Assembly (NCBI GenBank): GCA_043809315.1
Contig: JAZDDX010000020.1
Coordinates: 64,001-128,000 of the forward strand
Length of the DNA stretch: 64,000 nt
Direction: 5' to 3'
Origin: Pseudomonadota bacterium
GTDB taxonomy: Bacteria; Bdellovibrionota_G; JALEGL01; DATDPG01
In this document: in pieces, positions 26,406 to 35,632 of the stretch
Layout: every line of letters begins with the position of its first letter
How positions within the stretch are numbered: position 1 is the first letter of the stretch
Notes under the pieces: model-generated
What the model saw: the letters and a program-made list of their open reading frames with translations, nothing else
Databases searched by the model: none
What the model was told of the DNA's origin: nothing
Position numbers and translations under genes: made by a program

Positions 26406-27392
26406 CTATCCTCCCAAAACCCGGATTCGCGGCAACGGGTCCTGCCCCTTCTTCCACTCCGAGAAGGCGCTTCGCTCTCTCGGTTTTTGGAGAACCGCTC
26501 GGCGGATCTGGCTCTCGATCTCCTCGTCCCCGGATCCGTCACGAACCGCCGCACGCAGATCGAACTCCAGGGGGGAGAAAAGGCAGAGATGAACTCTTCC
26601 CGTCGCCGTGAGGCGCAGGCGGTTGCATGCCTCGCAGAACGGTTCGGTCAAAGAGGCGATGAAGCCGACCGTGCCGCGGGCCCCATCGATCGCGAACGTT
26701 TCGGCCGCGTGCGGTCCGCGATGCTGACGGCGCAGGGGATATTCATTGGAAATCCATCGTCGGACCGTCCCGATCGGAAGCATCCGGTCCGGGGTCCACC
26801 CCTCCCCGCAGAGAGGCATGAATTCCAGGAACCGGACCGATATCGGCCGCTCGAACGCCATCCGGCAGAACTCCAGGACCTCCTCCCGACTCAGGTCCAT
26901 GAGCGCCATGACGTTGATCTTCACCCGGAGCGACATTGCGACGGCCCGATCGATCCCTGCCATCACCTCTTTCAACCGGTCCCGCCCCGTGATCCGCGCG
27001 AACCGCTCCCGGTTCAGGGAGTCGAGGCTGACGTTGACGGCGGAAAGTCCGGCCCGCTCCAGCGGTTCCGCAAGAGAGGCGAGGAATGAACCGTTCGTCG
27101 TCAGGGCGATGTCTTCGAACTTCGAGAACCCGCGAAGCGTCCGAACCAGGGAGACGATGTCACGCCGCAAGAGAGGTTCCCCTCCCGTCAGCCGGACCCG
27201 CCGGATCCCGAGACGGGCGAAAATCCGGAGGAGGCGGATCAACTCATCGGACGCAAGGAGTTCTCTCGGCGGGGCAAGCGTCACCTTTTCCGTGGGGGCG
27301 CAATAAACGCAATGGAAATTGCAGCTTTCCGTGAGCGAAACCCGCAGATAGTCGATCTTGCGCCCGAAGGAGTCGAGTAGCGGCTGTTCCAT
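26406..27392 (-). CDS. moaA: GTP 3',8-cyclase
   Basis: Motifs YLRVSLTESCNFHCVYC, TGGEPLLR, FCEACNRLR...LCL, C-terminal GG. Confidence 0.95.
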   Translation of the reverse strand: MEQPLLDSFGRKIDYLRVSLTESCNFHCVYCAPTEKVTLAPPRELLASDELIRLLRIFARLGIRRVRLTGGEPLLRRDIVSLVRTLRGFSKFEDIALTTNGSFLASLAEPLERAGLSAVNVSLDSLNRERFARITGRDRLKEVMAGIDRAVAMSLRVKINVMALMDLSREEVLEFCRMAFERPISVRFLEFMPLCGEGWTPDRMLPIGTVRRWISNEYPLRRQHRGPHAAETFAIDGARGTVGFIASLTEPFCEACNRLRLTATGRVHLCLFSPLEFDLRAAVRDGSGDEEIESQIRRAVLQKPRERSAFSEWKKGQDPLPRIRVLGG

Positions 27393-27512
27393 CGATTCAG
27401 CGGTAGTCAGTACTATGCGCCCCGCCCCAAGGCAAGCGCGCGCGGCGGCAAAGGGGTGACAGAAAAACGAACCGTTGATATGAAGGCGATCCCACGGGGA
27501 AAAGGAGAAAAC

Positions 27513-29015
27513 ATGGCTAAATTGGGGCTCGAAACTCACATCGTCGATCCGACCGTCTACGACCGGGTGATCCAGCGGTTCCGCGAGGCAAAAATCGCTC
27601 TTCCAACCTTCGCACAGCTGGCCGATCCAAAGACGATCCCGTCGAAGGTCCGCTCCGCTCTCGCGAACGTCGACCCGAACTCCCCGAACTCCTTGAACCT
27701 CTTCCGGGTTCATTGGTTCAACTCGGCGAATCAGAAAGAGATCGTCGACGTTCCGGAACATATCGTTCTCCCCCCCTCTTTGACGGGGGTCAAAGCCCAG
27801 ATCGTCGTCATGATCGGCGCCCACTTCCCGATGATCTCAGCCCACAAAGTGTTGGCCGCATACGGATGCCTCGTTCCCCGTCTCGTGACGGGGCAATTCG
27901 ACCCGGTCGCACACAAGGCGATCTGGCCCTCAACCGGAAACTACTGCCGGGGCGGCGTGGCGATCTCCCGCATCACCGGATGCCGGGGGGTAGCGATCCT
28001 GCCGGAGGGGATGAGCCAGGAGCGGTTCAACTGGCTCGACAAGTGGGTCTCCCATCCCGACGACGTGATCAAGACGTACGGAACCGAGAGCAACGTCAAG
28101 GAGATCTACGACAAGTGCAACGAGCTCGATCGGGATCCGAAGAACGTCATCTTCAACCAGTTCTGCGAATTCGGAAACCACCTGGTCCACTACCTCTGCA
28201 CCGGCAAAGCAGCCGAGACCGTCTTCAAGGCACAGCAAGCGAAGAATAGGGACTCCAGGCTTCGAGCCTTCGTCTCCTGTTCCGGCTCGGCCGGCACGAT
28301 CGCCGCGGGGGATTACCTAAAAGAGAAATTTGGGTCGCTGATCGTCGGCTCGGAAGCGGTGGAGTGCCCGACCATGCTCTACAACGGGTTCGGCGAGCAC
28401 AACATCCAGGGGATCGGGGACAAGCACATCCCGTACATCCACAACGTGATGAACATGGACGTGGCGGTCGGAATCACCGACAAGGCGACCGACACGCTCG
28501 ACGTCCTCTTCAACACGGAGGCCGGGCGGGAGTACCTCACCCAGCGGAAAGGAGTTCCGGCGGAGATCGTGAACCGCCTCTCCCTCCTCGGATTCTCCTC
28601 GATCTGCAACATCTTAAGCGCGATCAAGACGGCAAAGTACTACCAGATGAATGCACGCGACGTGGTCGTGACGGTCGCAACCGACAGCGCGGCGATGTAC
28701 GGAACCGAGCGTGAGAAAGCGCTCAAAAAGTATTTCCCGAAGGGATTCGACACCGTCGAGGCGGCCGAAACGTACGGACGACACATGGCGGGGACCCAAA
28801 TCGACCACCTCCGTGAGCTCTCGTTCCACGAACGGCACCGGATCTTCAACCTCGGCTACTACACCTGGGTCGAGCAACAGGGGGTGACGGTCGAAGAGTT
28901 CAACGCCCGGCGGAAGCCGGAGTTCTGGACGGAGCTTCAGACCCGGATCGCGGCGTGGGATAAGATGACGGAAGAGTTCAACAAGAAGACGGGCGCCCTG
29001 GATCGGATCGGATGA
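27513..29015 (+). CDS. Fold-type II PLP-dependent enzyme (cysteine synthase/Trp synthase beta superfamily), substrate unknown
   Basis: GGAG RBS; motifs AHKV (PLP lysine), WPSTGNYCRGG, GSAGT, HNIQGIGDKH. Confidence 0.88.
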   Translation: MAKLGLETHIVDPTVYDRVIQRFREAKIALPTFAQLADPKTIPSKVRSALANVDPNSPNSLNLFRVHWFNSANQKEIVDVPEHIVLPPSLTGVKAQIVVMIGAHFPMISAHKVLAAYGCLVPRLVTGQFDPVAHKAIWPSTGNYCRGGVAISRITGCRGVAILPEGMSQERFNWLDKWVSHPDDVIKTYGTESNVKEIYDKCNELDRDPKNVIFNQFCEFGNHLVHYLCTGKAAETVFKAQQAKNRDSRLRAFVSCSGSAGTIAAGDYLKEKFGSLIVGSEAVECPTMLYNGFGEHNIQGIGDKHIPYIHNVMNMDVAVGITDKATDTLDVLFNTEAGREYLTQRKGVPAEIVNRLSLLGFSSICNILSAIKTAKYYQMNARDVVVTVATDSAAMYGTEREKALKKYFPKGFDTVEAAETYGRHMAGTQIDHLRELSFHERHRIFNLGYYTWVEQQGVTVEEFNARRKPEFWTELQTRIAAWDKMTEEFNKKTGALDRIG

Positions 29016-30409
29016 CGGCGGCGGGCCCGACCTTCACCTGCAGCGGTTGCGAGTATGTCGTTCCGAAAACGGAACGGTATCCGTTCCGCTGCCCCAAGCA
29101 GAAGACCGGCGACAACATCGACCATGTCTTGCGGGAGGAACTTCCGGCCAAAGATCCGACCCTTGTGGCCCTTTTCGACTCGACGGAACCGAATCCGTTT
29201 CTGAAGTATCGAACCCTCTTTCACTCCTATCGTGCCGCCCGGTCCTGGGGGCTTTCGGATGCCGACTATATCGGGATCGTGCAACGCCTCGACGAAGCAG
29301 TCGCGAAGATCGACGGGCGCGGGTTCGTGGAGACCCCTTTCGCTTCGATCTCGAAACTCGGTGACGCACTTGGCTTCAAAGAACTGTGGGTAAAAGATGA
29401 AACCGGAAACGTCTCCGGTTCGCACAAAGCCCGTCACACCATGGGGATCATGATCTGGATGGAGATGGTCCGGAAGGCGTTCCCGAACGGATCCAATGAA
29501 CCATCTTTGGCGATCTCGAGCTGTGGAAACGCCGCACTCGCGGCAGCGGTCGTCGCGAAGGCGGCCGGCCGGACACTCGACGTCTTCGTCCCCCCCGACG
29601 CCCACCCGAACGTCGTCCACCGGTTGCAGGAACTCGGGGCCCGCCTCGTCACCTGTCGTCGCGAGGGGAATCAACCCGGCGACCCCTGTTATCTCCGCTT
29701 CAAAGAGGGGATCGCAAAAGGCTCCCTCCCGTTTACAGTTCAGGGGAACGAGAACGGGTTGACGATCTCCGGAGGGAAGACACTGGCCTATGAGATGGTC
29801 TCCCGATGGCGAAGCGGACGTCCGGTCGATCGTCTCTTCGTCCATGTCGGCGGTGGAGCGCTGGCGAGCGCGATCATTCAGGGGATGGAGGATGCGAAAG
29901 CGATCGGTCTCATCGATCGACTTCCCCGAATTCATACGGTTCAGACCGAAGGGGCTTATCCACTCGCGAGGGCGTACCAGAAAGTGGCCGAGCGAGTGGC
30001 GTTCCGAAATTTGTGCGCCGAAAAAGAAGTCGAGAAACGATCCATGTTCTTATCCACCGACAAATCGAGACAGATCGTGAACGAAGAGCTTTGGTTCGCG
30101 GCGAACCACCGTTCGACCTTCATGTGGCCGTGGGAGAGCGAGCCGAAGTCGATCGCGCACGGGATTCTGGATGACGAAACGTATGACTGGCACGCGGTCG
30201 TGGGCGGGATGCTCCGGAGCGGTGGATATCCCGTCGTTGTTTCGGAAGAGAATCTGAAAGAAGCCCACCGTCTCTGCCACGAGCATACGAAGATCCGCGC
30301 CGACCACACGGGAACCGCAGGCTTGGCCGGTGCCCTGAAGCTCCGTCAGGACGGAGTGATCCTTCCGAACGAGACGGTCGCCGTCCTCTTCACCGGCGTG
30401 GAACGCTGA
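29012..30409 (+). CDS. Threonine-synthase-like PLP enzyme with N-terminal Cys motif
   Basis: Motifs CSGC...RCP, KDETGNVSGSHKAR, SSCGNAA, VGGGAL, LFTG. ATGA coupling to the previous gene. Confidence 0.88.
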   Translation: MTAAGPTFTCSGCEYVVPKTERYPFRCPKQKTGDNIDHVLREELPAKDPTLVALFDSTEPNPFLKYRTLFHSYRAARSWGLSDADYIGIVQRLDEAVAKIDGRGFVETPFASISKLGDALGFKELWVKDETGNVSGSHKARHTMGIMIWMEMVRKAFPNGSNEPSLAISSCGNAALAAAVVAKAAGRTLDVFVPPDAHPNVVHRLQELGARLVTCRREGNQPGDPCYLRFKEGIAKGSLPFTVQGNENGLTISGGKTLAYEMVSRWRSGRPVDRLFVHVGGGALASAIIQGMEDAKAIGLIDRLPRIHTVQTEGAYPLARAYQKVAERVAFRNLCAEKEVEKRSMFLSTDKSRQIVNEELWFAANHRSTFMWPWESEPKSIAHGILDDETYDWHAVVGGMLRSGGYPVVVSEENLKEAHRLCHEHTKIRADHTGTAGLAGALKLRQDGVILPNETVAVLFTGVER

Positions 30410-30413
30410 CCGT

Positions 30414-30644
30414 TTGACCGACAAAGAAGCGAAAGAGTTGTTGATCCGCCGCTATCGGCGCCGAGGCTTCCTTGTGAAGCAGGTGCGGAGGTTCGAGCAT
30501 TCGTACATCGTTGTCTTCGGCCAGGACGAGAAAGGGAGCGGGCTCGGTCCTCGGGGCTTGAGCTTCGCTCGGTGCAATCCTCCGACCCTGGATTCGGGTG
30601 CACAGCTCGAGCTGCCGGTGAAAAGAAAAAAACGCCGTCCGTAA
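30414..30644 (+). CDS. Small basic hypothetical protein
   Basis: TTG start 4 nt after the upstream stop; fills the gap; no motif recognised. Confidence 0.4.
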   Translation: MTDKEAKELLIRRYRRRGFLVKQVRRFEHSYIVVFGQDEKGSGLGPRGLSFARCNPPTLDSGAQLELPVKRKKRRP

Positions 30645-30754
30645 CTCCGAAATAAAACTGAATTTCGGTCCATTTCCGACCGGTTTCCGGACCCATCCAA
30701 CAAGCTCGACTGCTCAACCTCCCGTAACCACAATAAGTTCTTCGAAATCCCGGT

Positions 30755-30770
30755 TGGCACACCCCCTGCT
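30755..30770 (+). promoter_or_regulatory. Sigma54-like -24/-12 element
   Basis: TGGCACACCCCCTGCT (GG-N10-GC). Upstream CAATAAGTT is shared with the IHF site at 3484-3496. Confidence 0.45.
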
Positions 30771-30788
30771 CCGCTCTTTGGAGCCTGA

Positions 30789-30818
30789 TTGACGATTGTA
30801 TACTACTTTGTGTACACT
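30789..30818 (+). promoter_or_regulatory. Sigma70 promoter/operator of hicAB
   Basis: TTGACG-18-TACACT with repeated TGTAYACT at 30797 and 30811. Confidence 0.55.
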
Positions 30819-30834
30819 TATGGGGTGTTGAGTC

Positions 30835-31017
30835 TTGAAAAAACGCGATCTCGAACGAATTCTCAGAGGTTTGGGTTGGCGTCTCCTGCGCCAGGGTGGA
30901 AGCCACGAAATCTGGACCAACGGAACCGAAACGGAATCAATTCCACGGCATGTGGAAGTGAACGAGATGGTCGCAAGAGCCATTCTTAAACGGGTGAGGA
31001 AACATCATGAATCTTGA
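30835..31017 (+). CDS. hicA: HicA-family toxin
   Basis: 60 aa; GW...RQGGSHEIW...IPRH. Confidence 0.9.
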   Translation: MKKRDLERILRGLGWRLLRQGGSHEIWTNGTETESIPRHVEVNEMVARAILKRVRKHHES

Positions 31018-31429
31018 AGGAAGAGTCATTCCCCCCAAGGGGCGAAGAAACCCGCACTGGTCGGTGGAAATCCCCCTGCTGGAGATCTACACACAAGGAA
31101 GATCCCGGAACGATGCCTACCGGATGGCCAGGGATGCGGTCGAAAGCCTCGTCAATCGGAAGGGATTCCACGTGACCGTAACGCCGGGGAAAGGGAACGC
31201 GTTCGACGTCTCGGCAAACGATTTCCCGATCTTCCTGGCCTTTGTCTTGGCCCGTCTTCGAACCGGTCATCGCCTCTCCACGCGGCAGGTGGCCGAACGC
31301 CTTTCGTCCACTTCGCCCAATGCTTACGCCCGGTACGAGCGGGGACGCGCCATGCCGAAATTGGATACACTCTTGACCCTCCTACGTGCCATCAATCCTC
31401 GACTGTCTCTCGTGCTACGGACAGCCTGA
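31007..31429 (+). CDS. hicB: HicB-family antitoxin with C-terminal HTH
   Basis: WSVEIP...TQG...A..MARDA; HTH with YARYERG; overlaps hicA. Confidence 0.87.
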   Translation: MNLEGRVIPPKGRRNPHWSVEIPLLEIYTQGRSRNDAYRMARDAVESLVNRKGFHVTVTPGKGNAFDVSANDFPIFLAFVLARLRTGHRLSTRQVAERLSSTSPNAYARYERGRAMPKLDTLLTLLRAINPRLSLVLRTA

Positions 31430-32866
31430 TCGCGAACCGAACCGGACATACAACCGAGCCCCGCCGACCTCCCGAACGGGCCGGTAGCGTCCCTTGAGCA
31501 GAGGTTCAAATCCCGCGGGGGTATCGAGGCCGGTCACCACGAGTGCGGGCCGGCCGTTCTCGATCCACCGAACGATCTGGGGCACGGTCGCGATCCGGTA
31601 CCGCGCAACCTGCTCCGGCGTCAGCTTCTCCTCCATCTTCGTCACGACAAACCCTTGATTCATCCCCGGTAGAAACCTTCGTCCAGACTCCACGAGGTAC
31701 CCGTTCCACCACGACAGAACCTCGTCATCGGGACAGGTGAGTTCCTGGATCGCCTCCCCAACGGCATGGACCTCCCGGCGATCATTCACAGACGACGTTC
31801 CGTCTCCGCCGGCGATCCATTTCAGATCTTCGACAACCGGGAAGAGGCTCCAAACCGCGGCACAGATGCCGACGAGACTCAGAATCTTCCTGCCACGGGA
31901 ATCGGCGCCAATCCGCGCGACGACCGCCACGAGCGTAAACACCCAAACCGGAAGCACGTATTCGGGATAGAAGGGAACCAAGCGGATCGAACCGATCGCC
32001 ATTAGGAGCCCTGCCAGGAACAGCCCTAGGACGGACTCCAATCCCCGTTTCTTTTTGCTCCAGATCCAGACGGCCATCGCGAGAAGCGGAAGGAGGAGCA
32101 GCCAGTGTGCTCCCGAAAACGACCATCCGAACGACACAAGCTGATGAACAATTCCGCGCGTCTGCCACACGCCGCGGAGACGGTGATATCCGATCCAGTT
32201 GAAGCCGACGACGTCCGGAGACATGCAAAAAAGAATCAACGACGGGATGCAGGGGACGAGACACCCGAAGAGAAAACTTCTGAGTTGTCCCGTTTTTCGC
32301 GCACGAATGCCGACAATCAATGCCGGCAGTGCGAAAAGAAGGCGGATGTTTCCCGCCCCCCCCGAGAGAAGACCGGAGCCGAATGCGAACGTCCTCGCCC
32401 CCTCCATCTTTTCCCCCGCACGGTCGACCAGAACAAACGACCACAGAACCAGCGCCATGGCCAGCGCATGAGGCTTTACGATCGGAAAACAGACCCAGGA
32501 GAGCGGATGTCCAAAGAGAATCCAGAGACAGGCCAGGCGGTCCCACGGAGAAACCCCGGATTTCCGGAGATAGAACCAGACCCCCGTCCCGAGAAAGATC
32601 AGGGAGAAGAACGACAAGAAACGCCCCGCGATCAGGCTACCGCCGAAGAGCGCGCCCCATCCGGAAAGAATCGGCAGGTAGAGCGGCATCTGTTCGTAGA
32701 AGAAATCGAGATGCGGGAGAAACCCCCGACGCAACTCATGGGCTGCGACCAGATACAGCCCCTCGTCCCGGCTCCAGGGCAAGGCAAACAAGTGTACGAG
32801 CCAGATGGAAACAAGGAGCCCAAGCCCCAGGACGAGAGCTTGATTTCGCCTTACGGAACGATCCAT
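31415..32866 (-). CDS. Polytopic membrane glycosyltransferase (GT-C, ArnT/PMT-like)
   Basis: SRDEG after TM1, DFFYEQMPL, many TMs, extracytoplasmic C-terminal domain. Confidence 0.75.
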   Translation of the reverse strand: MDRSVRRNQALVLGLGLLVSIWLVHLFALPWSRDEGLYLVAAHELRRGFLPHLDFFYEQMPLYLPILSGWGALFGGSLIAGRFLSFFSLIFLGTGVWFYLRKSGVSPWDRLACLWILFGHPLSWVCFPIVKPHALAMALVLWSFVLVDRAGEKMEGARTFAFGSGLLSGGAGNIRLLFALPALIVGIRARKTGQLRSFLFGCLVPCIPSLILFCMSPDVVGFNWIGYHRLRGVWQTRGIVHQLVSFGWSFSGAHWLLLLPLLAMAVWIWSKKKRGLESVLGLFLAGLLMAIGSIRLVPFYPEYVLPVWVFTLVAVVARIGADSRGRKILSLVGICAAVWSLFPVVEDLKWIAGGDGTSSVNDRREVHAVGEAIQELTCPDDEVLSWWNGYLVESGRRFLPGMNQGFVVTKMEEKLTPEQVARYRIATVPQIVRWIENGRPALVVTGLDTPAGFEPLLKGRYRPVREVGGARLYVRFGSRSGCP

Positions 32867-32960
32867 GTTCCGGCCTGCCCTTGGAGGGCCTTGCCGACGC
32901 TTTCCGGGTTCGTGATGAGCACCTGCTTCCCGCCGTTTTCGAGGTACCAGACCACCGCCT
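32851..32960 (-). pseudogene. Displaced 3' end of the carbamate kinase gene (repeat copy 1)
   Basis: Encodes AVVWYLENGGKQVLITNPESVGKALQGQAGTWIVP*. 32860-32960 is 92/101 identical to 33691-33791. Confidence 0.92.
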
Positions 32961-33697
32961 CAACCCGACAATCGAACTTCGATTCGATTGGACGTCACGC
33001 CTGCCGCGGTCACGCGGACCATGTGTTTTCCGGGAGCGACGCGGGGTTCGAGTTCCTCGAACCGGATATTGAAACCATACCCCCCATTCGGAGCCGCCAT
33101 GGGGTTTCCCGAGAAACGACTGACCCTATACCTGTGGATGGTTCCGTCCACCTCCACCGCGAAAACAATTGCAGGGCCAATCACCTGCACGGGCTGGGTG
33201 TCGTGGTTGAAGAAGTTACATTTCAAAAGCGGTCCCCCCTGCGAACGGGCACCGATAAACTCAATCATCAACGATGGAACCGCCTTCAGAGCTTCGAGCG
33301 GAACGATGTGGAACGAAGCTTTGTTGGATGGAACTCCGTTCACTGACAGAACCGTCTGGTACTCCCCGATCGGGAGGTGAAGGGGCGGATAGGCCACCCA
33401 CGTGGAGTGGGTCGCTCGGATCGGATCGGTCAGATCCTTCCAGGGATGGTCGTACATCGCTCTCCCTTTGGAATCGGTGATCACAATGTGGGCGTTCCGC
33501 AGCCGAACGGGCTTTTGCGACTCGGGGTAAACCCTGAATTGAAATACGACCGTTTGATCAGCCGTGTAGGCGACCGAACTCGTGTTTGCGGTTACTCGAA
33601 GCTGCTTATCGTTCGTCGGGGCCCCGCGCCCTTGACTGATCCCGACCGTGAACAGAGCCAGGAGAATAAGGGGCTTGGCAACTAGGGCGTGATCCAT
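32960..33697 (-). CDS. Secreted beta-rich hypothetical protein inserted between the repeats
   Basis: Signal-like N-terminus; two apparent Ig-like halves, ending V.GVPSN and AAGVTSN; lower GC. Confidence 0.75.
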   Translation of the reverse strand: MDHALVAKPLILLALFTVGISQGRGAPTNDKQLRVTANTSSVAYTADQTVVFQFRVYPESQKPVRLRNAHIVITDSKGRAMYDHPWKDLTDPIRATHSTWVAYPPLHLPIGEYQTVLSVNGVPSNKASFHIVPLEALKAVPSLMIEFIGARSQGGPLLKCNFFNHDTQPVQVIGPAIVFAVEVDGTIHRYRVSRFSGNPMAAPNGGYGFNIRFEELEPRVAPGKHMVRVTAAGVTSNRIEVRLSG

Positions 33698-34638
33698 GTA
33701 CCGGCCTTACCTTGGAGAGCCTTGCCGACGCTTTCCGGGTTCGTAATGAGCGCCTGTTTCCCTCCGTTTTCAAGGTACCAGACCACCGCCTGGATCTTCG
33801 GCGCCATCGAACCTTTCGCGAAATGCGTCCCCTCGGCGAGGTACTTCTTCGCCTCGGCCAGCGTCATTTTGTCCAGCCACTTCTGATCCGGCTTCCCGAA
33901 GTTGATGGCGACCTTTTCGACCGCTGTTGAGATCACGAAGAGATCGGCCTTGATGTTCTGGGCCAGAAGGCTCGTCGCGAAGTCCTTGTCGATCACCGCT
34001 GCGATTCCGATGTAATCGCCGTTCCCTTTGTCGACGACCGGGATTCCCCCACCGCCGGCGGTGATCACGATGATCCCCTTTTCGATCAGCGCTTTGATCG
34101 AATCGAGTTCGACGATCTCCTTCGGCATCGGAGAGGCGACCACGCGGCGCCAACCGCGCCCGGCATCCTCCGACACGCTCCACCCGGATTGTTCAGCCCG
34201 TTTTTTCGCTTCCGCCTCCCCCATGAACCCGCCGATCGGCTTGTTCGGGTTCGCAAAGGCCGGATCGTTCTTATCGACCAGCGTCTGCGTCACCAGGCTC
34301 ACGCACGACTTCTTGATCTTCCGGCGGAACAGCTCGTTCTGCAGGTTCTGCTGGAGCGCATACCCCAGAGCCCCTTGGCTGTCGGCGCCGCAGACGTCGA
34401 GCGGCACCTCGTGCAGCCCTTCCACCCGGTGGGCGATCTCGCTCCTTCGCAAGATGAACCCGACCTGCGGACCGTTCCCGTGCGTCACCACGACCTCCCA
34501 CCCCGCCTCGATCATGTCGGCGATGTGGTAGCAGGTCTGTTTTGCCGCTTGGTACTGGTCCGAGACCGAACGACGATCCTGATCGACGATCAGCGAGTTC
34601 CCGCCGATCGCGACCACCGCGGTTTTTTTTGTGCCCAT
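33682..34638 (-). CDS. arcC: Carbamate kinase
   Basis: Motifs VAIGGNSL, THGNGPQVG, PNKPIG, RRVVASP, GGGGIPV, AVIDKD, GSMAPK. Confidence 0.96.
   Translation of the reverse strand: MGTKKTAVVAIGGNSLIVDQDRRSVSDQYQAAKQTCYHIADMIEAGWEVVVTHGNGPQVGFILRRSEIAHRVEGLHEVPLDVCGADSQGALGYALQQNLQNELFRRKIKKSCVSLVTQTLVDKNDPAFANPNKPIGGFMGEAEAKKRAEQSGWSVSEDAGRGWRRVVASPMPKEIVELDSIKALIEKGIIVITAGGGGIPVVDKGNGDYIGIAAVIDKDFATSLLAQNIKADLFVISTAVEKVAINFGKPDQKWLDKMTLAEAKKYLAEGTHFAKGSMAPKIQAVVWYLENGGKQALITNPESVGKALQGKAGTWITP
33691..33791 (-). repeat. 101-bp direct repeat copy 2 (current 3' end of arcC)
   Basis: Ungapped match to 32860-32960 with 9 mismatches; offset 831 bp. Confidence 0.95.
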
Positions 34639-34648
34639 GGTTTCTCCT

Positions 34649-35629
34649 TTACGCCATCGTGAGGGCCATGACGGCCTTCTGCGCGTGCATCCGGTTCTCC
34701 GCCTCGTCGTAGACGACCGAGTGCGGGCCGTCGATCACGGCATCGGTCACTTCGACGTTCCGGTCGGCCGGGAGCGGGTGCATGTAGATGGCGTCCGGCT
34801 TGGCAAGCTTCATCTTTTTCTCGTCCGTGATCCAGGACGAGTACTTCTTGATGATCTCGGCCCCTTTCGCCGCATCGGTCGTGGTCAGCATCGCCCCCCA
34901 TGACTTCGCGTAGACGATGTCGGCCCCCTTGCAAGCCTCCTCCATGTTGTCGGTCATCTCGAAGCCGGTGCCGTATCTCTTCGCTTCCGACTTTGCCGCC
35001 TCCATGACCTCCGGCATCAACTTGAACTCCGGCGGATGGGCCAGAACCACATCCATGCCGAACCGGGGCATCTGAAGGACCAGCGATTGCGGGACGCTCA
35101 TCGGCTTCTGGTACGAAGCCGCGTACGCCCACGAAACCACCATCTTCTTCCGGCGCAGGTCCCTCCCCTTCTTCTCGATGATCGTCATCAAGTCGGCCAG
35201 ACACTGGAACGGATGGTAGACATCGCACTGCATGTTGAGGACCGGCGATCGCGAGTGCTTCGCGACGTCGTTCAGGTACTTGTTCCCAAGCCCCCAATCA
35301 CAGTGACGGATGGCGATCCCATCAAAGTAGCGCCCGAGGATCTCGCCGATCTCCTTCGGCGTATCGCCGTGGGCGATCTGCGTCGTCTTACTCTCGATGA
35401 AGGCGGCGTGCCCTCCGAGCTGCGCCATCCCCGCTTCAAACGAACAGCGGGTCCGTGTCGACGAGAAGAAGAAGAGCATCGCGAGCGTCTTGTCGTCCAG
35501 GTACTTGTGGGCTTCTCCCAGAGCGCGCTTCCGCTTCAGATCCCATGCCACGTCCAATACGGTCTCGACCTCCTCTTTCGTGAAGTCGAGGTCGCCGATC
35601 AGGTCCCGGTTTCGCAGGTTCGTTTGCAT
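34649..35629 (-). CDS. YgeW-related (knotted-type) carbamoyltransferase
   Basis: Motifs SSTRT, NMQCDVYHPFQ, SWAYAASYQKPMSVPQS, RFGMDVVLAHP, YAKSW, MHPLPADR, as in YgeW; shorter than E. coli YgeW. Confidence 0.85.
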   Translation of the reverse strand: MQTNLRNRDLIGDLDFTKEEVETVLDVAWDLKRKRALGEAHKYLDDKTLAMLFFFSSTRTRCSFEAGMAQLGGHAAFIESKTTQIAHGDTPKEIGEILGRYFDGIAIRHCDWGLGNKYLNDVAKHSRSPVLNMQCDVYHPFQCLADLMTIIEKKGRDLRRKKMVVSWAYAASYQKPMSVPQSLVLQMPRFGMDVVLAHPPEFKLMPEVMEAAKSEAKRYGTGFEMTDNMEEACKGADIVYAKSWGAMLTTTDAAKGAEIIKKYSSWITDEKKMKLAKPDAIYMHPLPADRNVEVTDAVIDGPHSVVYDEAENRMHAQKAVMALTMA

Positions 35630-35632
35630 CGC

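Noticed and set aside
21237-27824. Apparent long N-terminal extensions or fusions on the DRG GTPase, moeA and moaA (also nitroreductase, xdhC, the nuoF-like gene and 57313-58902)
   Set aside because: The extensions overlap neighbouring real genes in other frames; internal starts give canonical lengths and operon coupling.
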